Shown here: positions 58,048-64,000 of the stretch, one piece after another | How positions within the stretch are numbered: position 1 is the first letter of the stretch | Layout: each line of letters opens with the position of its first letter | Assembly: GCA_038227875.1 (NCBI GenBank) | Contig: JBBRPR010000035.1 | Coordinates: 1-64,000 of the forward strand | Reading direction: 5' to 3' | DNA length: 64,000 nt | DNA from: Planctomycetota bacterium | Lineage (GTDB): Bacteria > Planctomycetota > SZUA-567 > H5-PLA8 | Notes under the pieces: model-generated | The model's database searches: none | Told to the model about the DNA's origin: nothing | The model's input: the letters and a program-made list of their open reading frames with translations, nothing else | Translations under genes and position numbers: made by a program

Positions 58048-58277
58048 CGTGACGCGCTCCACCGTTCCAAATGACAATCAAGACGCGAAGTCTACCGGAT
58101 CGCGTCGGAATTGCTGCTCCGGCGCAGGGAGAAGATGTTTTTTCTGGACATTTGCATGTGGAAAATGGCGACAGTTTGCCTCGAAGAATCCGATCCGGGA
58201 CTTTTTCGTCTTCAATACATTCGACGAAAGAGTGTATTACATCGCGGACCCTGATCTGGACTCCGGAGATTCCCGCA

Positions 58278-61052
58278 ATGCGCTTCGCCCTTTTAGTGTT
58301 GCTGTCCTGTCTGCTCGCGACTGCCTGCCACGCGGAAACCGCGACGCTCAAATCGACCGCGAATATCTGGGTGTCCGACGCGCCCAGCGAGGTGGACACC
58401 AGCGGCGGCAAGTGCGGTGTGTTCAAAATCAAAAGCATCCAGGAAATGGCGATGATCCGCTTTGACGCCACGCCGGCGAAGGGGAAGGAAGTCCTCAAGG
58501 CCCGCCTCTGGCTGCACCGCGAAGGCCCCGATCAGCTCCGCTACATCCGCATTTCCACGGTCGCGCAAAATTGGGAGCAGGGCACCGCGAGCGCCCCTTA
58601 TAGTCCGGGCAACGGCGCGACGTACAACCACGCTGACGCGGCCAGCAAGCGGCCGTGGACGTTTCCCGGATCACAGATCTGCGACGCCTGCATGTCGTCG
58701 GGGAATACGCTGGCGTCGTGGGCCGAACGCAAAGAAGAAGCGGAGGGCTGGATCTCCGTCGACGTGGCGCCCGATCTAATATACGCCCTGGTGGCCGGTG
58801 ACACCGACGGCTTCGCTGTCTGCGATGGCGGCACCCTGCAACTGGCCAACAACATGATCGCCAGCGTCCAATCCGGGAAACCGCCGCGCCTCGAAGTCGA
58901 ACTCGGTGCCGCGTTGATTGAAATCCCACTTCTGCCCGTCATCAAGGCCACGCCCGCGCTCGATCATGCCCACATGGATGCCGGCGCGATCAAGCTCAGC
59001 ATCGCCGAATCCAAAGGCGTGCTGTGCTGGCAGATGAAGAACAACGGCAAGCCCGTCGACCGCTGGCGCGTAGCTCATCCGGCGAAAAAAGGGCCGACGG
59101 AATTCTGGATCGAAGACCTGAAGCCGGAGGAGTCGTGCAATCTCGAAGTCACCGCCATCGCTCGCGGCGGCGCGGCCTCGCCAACCGTAAAAATCAGCCT
59201 GACGGCGTCGCCGGCGCTTGATGCGAAAGTTCAACTCAATGAATTTCGAGAAACCAAATCCGCCGGCGAATCGCCCAGTGACGGAAAGATGAAGGTCTGG
59301 GCCTGTCCCGGGCTGCTGAAAGTCAGTCCAGAAAAACCGGAGCTCCTCTTCAAGGACGAGGGCGGATCCGAACCGATCCAAAACGCCAACTCCGTCTGGA
59401 ACGGCAAAGAGATTAGCCTTTTCGGCTGCAAAGGCGAATACGTTTCATACCAGCTCTGCATTGAGAAACTCGCCGAGCCGCTGAAGGGCATCGCCATAAA
59501 ACCCGACGTATTGAAGTCCGCCGAGGGTACGACCATTGGGCTCGGCGACATCGAACTTTCCCAAAACTGGTATGCACAGAACGGCGCGAAGCAGTGGCAG
59601 CCGGCGTACTGCCTGCCGCTGAAAGCCGATCAGACTCTTGCGATTCCCGATGCCAAGCGCGCACTGGCCTCGCAGCAAAATCAAACCGTGTATGTCGACG
59701 TTTACATTCCCAAAGACGCCAAGCCCGGCGAATACATCGGCACGGTTTCGATTCAGGCCGAGAACGCCAAGACTGTCACACTGCCGGTCAAACTCACAGT
59801 GCTCGATTTTATGATGCCCGACAAGCTCAGCTTCTGGCCGGAACTCAACGGTTATTCGACGCCGCCGCACGTACAGGAATGTTTCGTCGCCGCGCACCAG
59901 CACCGCTGCGTGGTCAACCTCAACAACAGCGTGTGGGCGCCGGAACTGCAGGGCGCGGGCAAGGACATCAAAGTTGTGTGGGAGAATTTCGACAAGAACG
60001 CCGGTCTGCTCCTGTCCGGCGAACTGTACAAGAACAACCGCCGCGCGAGCGTGCCGGTGGAGGTGATGTACCTGCCGTACGCAGACAGTTGGCCGACGCC
60101 GTTGACTCCGGAAACGTACAAGTATCCCGGGCACTGGCCGGGCCGCGGCGAGAAAGCCGACTTCATCACTCAGCAGATGCTGAAGGCGCCGTACATCGGC
60201 GATGCACTGAGCCAGTCTTACAAGGACGCGTTTCTCGCGGTCGAGAAGCAGTACATCGAACATTTCAAAGCAAAGGGGTGGAATCAGACGGAGATGCAGT
60301 GCTTCTTTGGCGGCAAGAGCACCCATCGCATCGATTACGGCGCAAACATGTGGTGGACCACCGACGAGCCCTACCATTGGGAAGACTGGCTCGCGCTGCA
60401 ATTTTTCTGCACGCTCTGGACGGAAGGCCGCGGCGACGCGAGTTCGAAAGTGTGGGCTACGCGCGGCGACATTTCGCGACCCAACTGGCAGGGCCGCGTG
60501 CTCGACGGCGTGCTCAGCACGATGTACATCGGCGGATTTTCATCGCCGGCCAGTTACCGCCGCGGCAAATTGCTTCACGAACAGACCGGCGTGAAAATCA
60601 TGGCTTACGGCGGCGCCAATCCCGACACGGTCAGCAACACGCGCTCGGTGGTGCTGGAACTCAACACGTGGCTCAACGGTGCCAACGGCATTCTGCCGTG
60701 GCAATGTTTCGGCCCTGACGCCGCGCTGGATTCCAACGACGCGCCGGCCGGAGGCGGCAATGCCTTGCTCGTCCCCGGCGACCGCCTCGGTCTTCCCGTG
60801 GCCGTCGACCTGCGCGTGAAAGCGTTGCGCGATGGCGAGCAGTTGATCGAATACCTGGCGCTGCTGGCGCAACAGCGTCACCTCGAACGCGAGCAGGTGA
60901 AAGCGCTGGTGCTGAAGGCGGTGAACCTCAAGGCCGGGCGCAAAGCCGGCGCTGGAGCCGACAACGCCGACGCGTTGGAATTCGGCTCACTGCCGGCGTG
61001 GCAGATTTCCGAACTGCGTCGCACGTTGGCCGAGCTGATTCTTGCGAAGTGA
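58278..61052 (+). CDS. Secreted protein with DNRLRE-like N-terminus and GH123/DUF4091-like C-terminal region
   Basis: Signal peptide CHA-ET; VYVDVYIPKDAKPGEYIGTV, TDEP, LRVKALRDGEQLIEYL. Confidence 0.7.
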   Translation: MRFALLVLLSCLLATACHAETATLKSTANIWVSDAPSEVDTSGGKCGVFKIKSIQEMAMIRFDATPAKGKEVLKARLWLHREGPDQLRYIRISTVAQNWEQGTASAPYSPGNGATYNHADAASKRPWTFPGSQICDACMSSGNTLASWAERKEEAEGWISVDVAPDLIYALVAGDTDGFAVCDGGTLQLANNMIASVQSGKPPRLEVELGAALIEIPLLPVIKATPALDHAHMDAGAIKLSIAESKGVLCWQMKNNGKPVDRWRVAHPAKKGPTEFWIEDLKPEESCNLEVTAIARGGAASPTVKISLTASPALDAKVQLNEFRETKSAGESPSDGKMKVWACPGLLKVSPEKPELLFKDEGGSEPIQNANSVWNGKEISLFGCKGEYVSYQLCIEKLAEPLKGIAIKPDVLKSAEGTTIGLGDIELSQNWYAQNGAKQWQPAYCLPLKADQTLAIPDAKRALASQQNQTVYVDVYIPKDAKPGEYIGTVSIQAENAKTVTLPVKLTVLDFMMPDKLSFWPELNGYSTPPHVQECFVAAHQHRCVVNLNNSVWAPELQGAGKDIKVVWENFDKNAGLLLSGELYKNNRRASVPVEVMYLPYADSWPTPLTPETYKYPGHWPGRGEKADFITQQMLKAPYIGDALSQSYKDAFLAVEKQYIEHFKAKGWNQTEMQCFFGGKSTHRIDYGANMWWTTDEPYHWEDWLALQFFCTLWTEGRGDASSKVWATRGDISRPNWQGRVLDGVLSTMYIGGFSSPASYRRGKLLHEQTGVKIMAYGGANPDTVSNTRSVVLELNTWLNGANGILPWQCFGPDAALDSNDAPAGGGNALLVPGDRLGLPVAVDLRVKALRDGEQLIEYLALLAQQRHLEREQVKALVLKAVNLKAGRKAGAGADNADALEFGSLPAWQISELRRTLAELILAK

Positions 61053-61060
61053 AAACAAAA

Positions 61061-61091
61061 CCGGCAGACCAGAGTGATTCTGGACTGCCGG
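61061..61091. terminator. Stem-loop between convergent genes
   Basis: CCGGCAG-A-CCAGA / TCTGG-A-CTGCCGG, preceded by AAAACAAAA (T-rich tail on the minus strand). Confidence 0.6.
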
Positions 61092-61126
61092 AATGAGTCT
61101 GAAAAACGCGTGGGTCGAAAAGGTTT

Positions 61127-61237
61127 TTACGCCTTCTTCGGCGCCTTGGCGGCATGCTTCTCCGCGGTGGCGTCCATCTTCATCTGGATGCGCCGCTTCT
61201 TCTTGCGTTCCCAACCGGTGTGCTTCTTCTGAGCCAT
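61127..61237 (-). CDS. 36-aa highly basic small protein (absent from ORF track)
   Basis: AGGAGA RBS; MAQKKHTGWERKKKRRIQMKMDATAEKHAAKAPKKA*; GC-ending codons; terminator downstream. Confidence 0.65.
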   Translation of the reverse strand: MAQKKHTGWERKKKRRIQMKMDATAEKHAAKAPKKA

Positions 61238-61431
61238 GGTCGATCTCCTATTTTTGTCGCCGCACTGTAGTCGGTGAGCCGGGAGATGCAAGAGGAAGGG
61301 GAAAGGGAGTCATTGGTCATTGGGTATTGGTCATCGGTCATTTTTTATTTAACGGCGCTTCGCCCTTGAGCGAGCATCCTCGAGGATTTAATTCCCATCC
61401 GCGTGCGTTTTTGAATTTTGAATTCTTAATT

Positions 61432-62574
61432 CTACTTTTGAATTGCTTCCGTCTTCTTCGGCTCGTCTCCCCCGCCCCCGCCCTCTCCCTCTTTCTTCGG
61501 TTCGAAGCGGTACGCGGGCTGGCCCATCACCGACGCGTACAGAATATCATTCACCGGGTCCCACGCGAAGTTGCCGAACCAGCCGCGCTTGTCGTATTTG
61601 AATTTCTCCGGGTACGGCGCGATCAGCTTCCAGTGCTCGCCGCCATCCGTCGTGCGGAAGAGGCCCTCGTGACCGGACACGACCATGTTCTTCTCGTCCT
61701 TGCCGAAGTACGGGCCGGTCGACATCTCCACGGGCGCGCCTTGAATGGCCCATTTCTGGCCCTTGTCCTTGCTCACCAGTAGCCCGCTGGCCGAGGTCCA
61801 GTACCCGACGCCTTTGAAGACGCGCATCACGCGGCCGGACGGTACGATCGTCGAAACTTTTTCCCACGTCGCGCCGCGGTCTTCGCTGCGCTGGATGCCG
61901 GGGTCCTTGGTTTTCGCGACGACCAGCGTGCTGTCGTCGAAGATTCCGATGCAGTCGAAACCGGGGCCGCAGTCCTTCCACGTCTCCGCGCCGTCGAAGC
62001 TCATCCAGCCCCAGCTTTTCGTTTCGTGGCGGACGGCGAAGAGCGTTTTTCCGTCGGTCCAGTCGATGGCACCGTAGTCCATATTGGAGGCCGGCGATTT
62101 CACGACTTTGAAACCGTTATCGAAAATCACCGCGCTCGACCCGGTGGCCATGAAGCACAGCACGTCCTTGCCGGCGGGATTGACGTCGAGCGAGAATCCG
62201 GTTTCAGCGCGGCCGGAGACGTTACCCTTGTCGATGCGCACGTACGTCGCGCCCTGATCGGAACTGCGCCAGACGCCGTTGTCGGTGACAACGAGGTAGA
62301 CGTCGCCGGTGGTGCGGTCGCAGGCAATGCCGCCGGCCTGGCCGGGCCACTTGGTCGGCTTGCCGTTGGTCTTTTCGATCGCAGCGACGAGCTTGTCGGA
62401 GATGCTGACCCACTTGCCCGGCGGCGCCTCCAGCTTTTTGGCCGGCGGCGGAGTTTCACCCGGGGCCAACGGAGGGCCGGGAGTGGCCGGGTCTGGCGGA
62501 GGCACCGGCGGGTCGTCGGCGCCGCGTGCTGCGAAGACCGCGCAGAGCGTGAGCAGAATCGCGAATCGAATCAT
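61432..62574 (-). CDS. Secreted BNR/Asp-box propeller protein
   Basis: SSDQGATY, SFDGAETW, SEDRGATW, SKDKGQKW, TTDGGEHW. Confidence 0.85.
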   Translation of the reverse strand: MIRFAILLTLCAVFAARGADDPPVPPPDPATPGPPLAPGETPPPAKKLEAPPGKWVSISDKLVAAIEKTNGKPTKWPGQAGGIACDRTTGDVYLVVTDNGVWRSSDQGATYVRIDKGNVSGRAETGFSLDVNPAGKDVLCFMATGSSAVIFDNGFKVVKSPASNMDYGAIDWTDGKTLFAVRHETKSWGWMSFDGAETWKDCGPGFDCIGIFDDSTLVVAKTKDPGIQRSEDRGATWEKVSTIVPSGRVMRVFKGVGYWTSASGLLVSKDKGQKWAIQGAPVEMSTGPYFGKDEKNMVVSGHEGLFRTTDGGEHWKLIAPYPEKFKYDKRGWFGNFAWDPVNDILYASVMGQPAYRFEPKKEGEGGGGGDEPKKTEAIQK

Positions 62575-62689
62575 AGGCTCGCCATTCTCGCTGAGGTGAG
62601 GCCGGCAAGCAAGCGGTTGAATCGCTGTCTGACATCAACTACGATGAGTTACGTTGTGTTTCGAAACGGGCGCAGGAAGACTTGATCGC

Positions 62690-63481
62690 GTGATCCGTAT
62701 TGGCTCAGTCCCCTACCTGAATTCGAAGGTGCTCGTCTACGGCCTTCAGAAATCCACGTCGGAATACACCTTCGAAACACTCGTCCCCAGTTTGCTCGCC
62801 GCGAAGCTCCACGCCGGAGAACTCGACGTCGCGCTGGTCAGCTCGATCGAATACTTCCGCCACCCCGATTACTGCATCCTGCCGGATCTCTCCGTTTCCG
62901 GTGTGCGCGAAATGTGGAGCATTCAGTTGTTCTACCGCGGCGATTTGAAAGCCGCGCGCCGCGTCGGGCTCGATCCGTCCTCGCAGACGACGAACGGTTT
63001 TCTCCAGATCATCCTCTACGAAAAGCTGCAGCTTGGGATTGAACTCGTGACACTGGCGCTGGGCGAAGACCCGCTCGCGCGCACGGACCTCGACGGTTTT
63101 CTGAAAATCGGTGATCCCTGTCTCACCTTCAAGCCGCCGTCGGGCTACGCGGCGCTGGATCTGACCTCGGAGTGGCATCAATTCACGAATCTGCCGTTCG
63201 TCTTCGCGGTATGGCTGGCGCGCAAGGGCGTGGATCTGGAGGGCGTTAACAAAACGCTCTTCCTCGCCAAGCGCGAAGGCATGCGCAACATCGACACCAT
63301 CGCGCGAGCCGAGGCGCCCAAGCTGGGACTGGATCTGGCCTATACGAAAACCTACATTGGCAAGATCGTGCACTACGACCTGGGACGTGCGGAGCTCGGC
63401 GGTCTGGACCTGTTCCGCCGGTACCTTGTCCGCCAGCGCCTGGTTGAAGAGAGTAAAGGCTTTGAATTTTACACGCGCTGA
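62690..63481 (+). CDS. mqnA: Chorismate dehydratase (futalosine menaquinone pathway)
   Basis: RIGSVPYLNS, DVALVSSIEY, LKIGD, LPFVFAVW; adjacent to mqnC. Confidence 0.9.
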   Translation: MIRIGSVPYLNSKVLVYGLQKSTSEYTFETLVPSLLAAKLHAGELDVALVSSIEYFRHPDYCILPDLSVSGVREMWSIQLFYRGDLKAARRVGLDPSSQTTNGFLQIILYEKLQLGIELVTLALGEDPLARTDLDGFLKIGDPCLTFKPPSGYAALDLTSEWHQFTNLPFVFAVWLARKGVDLEGVNKTLFLAKREGMRNIDTIARAEAPKLGLDLAYTKTYIGKIVHYDLGRAELGGLDLFRRYLVRQRLVEESKGFEFYTR

Positions 63482-63517
63482 ATATACCACGCGCGGCAAG
63501 CAAGGAGCAGTGAAGCG

Positions 63518-64000
63518 ATGAGCACCGACAGTGGCGTGCAGAAGATTCTCGACAAGGCAATCGGCGGCGAGCGCATCACGTTCGACGACGGCGTCGCGCT
63601 GATGGAGCGCGCGGATTTGAATTCCCTCGGTCGCGCCGCGCTGGCCGTGCGACAGCGGCTTCATCCGGAATCGATCGCGACCTACGTCATCGACCGGAAC
63701 ATCAATTACACGAACATCTGCGTTGCCGACTGCGATTTCTGCGCGTTCTACCGCAGGCCCGGCGATCCGGAAGAATATGTGCTGCCGCGCGAGCAGCTCT
63801 ATCAGAAGATCCGCGAGCTCCGTGAGATCGGCGGCACGCAGATCCTGATGCAGGGCGGCCACCATCCGTATTTGAAGCTCGATTGGTACGAAGCGCTATT
63901 GCGCGACATCCGCCAGACGTTCCCCGACATCCACGTCCATGCGTTTTCGCCCAGCGAGATCGTCCACTTCTCGCACATTTTCAAAATGCCCGTGCGGGAA
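63518..64000 (+). CDS. mqnC: Cyclic dehypoxanthine futalosine synthase, radical SAM (runs off window)
   Basis: TYVIDRNINYTNICVADCDFCAFYR (CxxxCxxC), QILMQGGHHP. Confidence 0.88.
   Translation, partial: MSTDSGVQKILDKAIGGERITFDDGVALMERADLNSLGRAALAVRQRLHPESIATYVIDRNINYTNICVADCDFCAFYRRPGDPEEYVLPREQLYQKIRELREIGGTQILMQGGHHPYLKLDWYEALLRDIRQTFPDIHVHAFSPSEIVHFSHIFKMPVRE

Noticed and set aside
62705..63865. 386-aa minus-strand ORF
   Set aside because: Antisense shadow of mqnA and mqnC.

Overview
GC-rich bacterial chromosome segment. The gene content (PQQ-like/Kelch/NHL secreted propeller proteins, VIT-vWA, prenyltransferase/squalene-oxidase repeat protein, prepilin-type protein, futalosine pathway) suggests a Planctomycetota-like host; this is inference. 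Positions 1-10049 are the right arm of a tRNA-Gln(CTG)-integrated, phage-related element that is itself hit by an IS21-family IS. It carries an HTH regulator, RepB-type primase, AAA helicase, an iteron-rich putative origin, a RuvC-like resolvase, Zn-finger proteins including an Ogr/Delta-like one, HNH, small terminase, S49 protease and an HK97-fold major capsid protein. No large terminase, portal or tail gene lies before the att site. Each of its two late modules begins with an orphan Phd/YefM-like gene. This candidate capsid-encoding phage satellite is the best lead for an undescribed system, with the caveat that its left arm is outside the window. The remaining 54 kb holds secreted carbohydrate-active/propeller proteins, GntR-LacI regulators and housekeeping genes (mug, hsp20, acyl-CoA dehydrogenase, ABC-F, mqnA, mqnC). 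Secondary leads are an in-frame REP-doublet insertion in a signal peptide, two circularly permuted PQQ-like proteins, two length-variant coiled-coil paralogues, many different 7-bp tandem arrays at gene boundaries, a direct-repeat-flanked HTH mini-cassette and a tiny basic ORF. All family calls come from motif recognition by eye, not from database searches.
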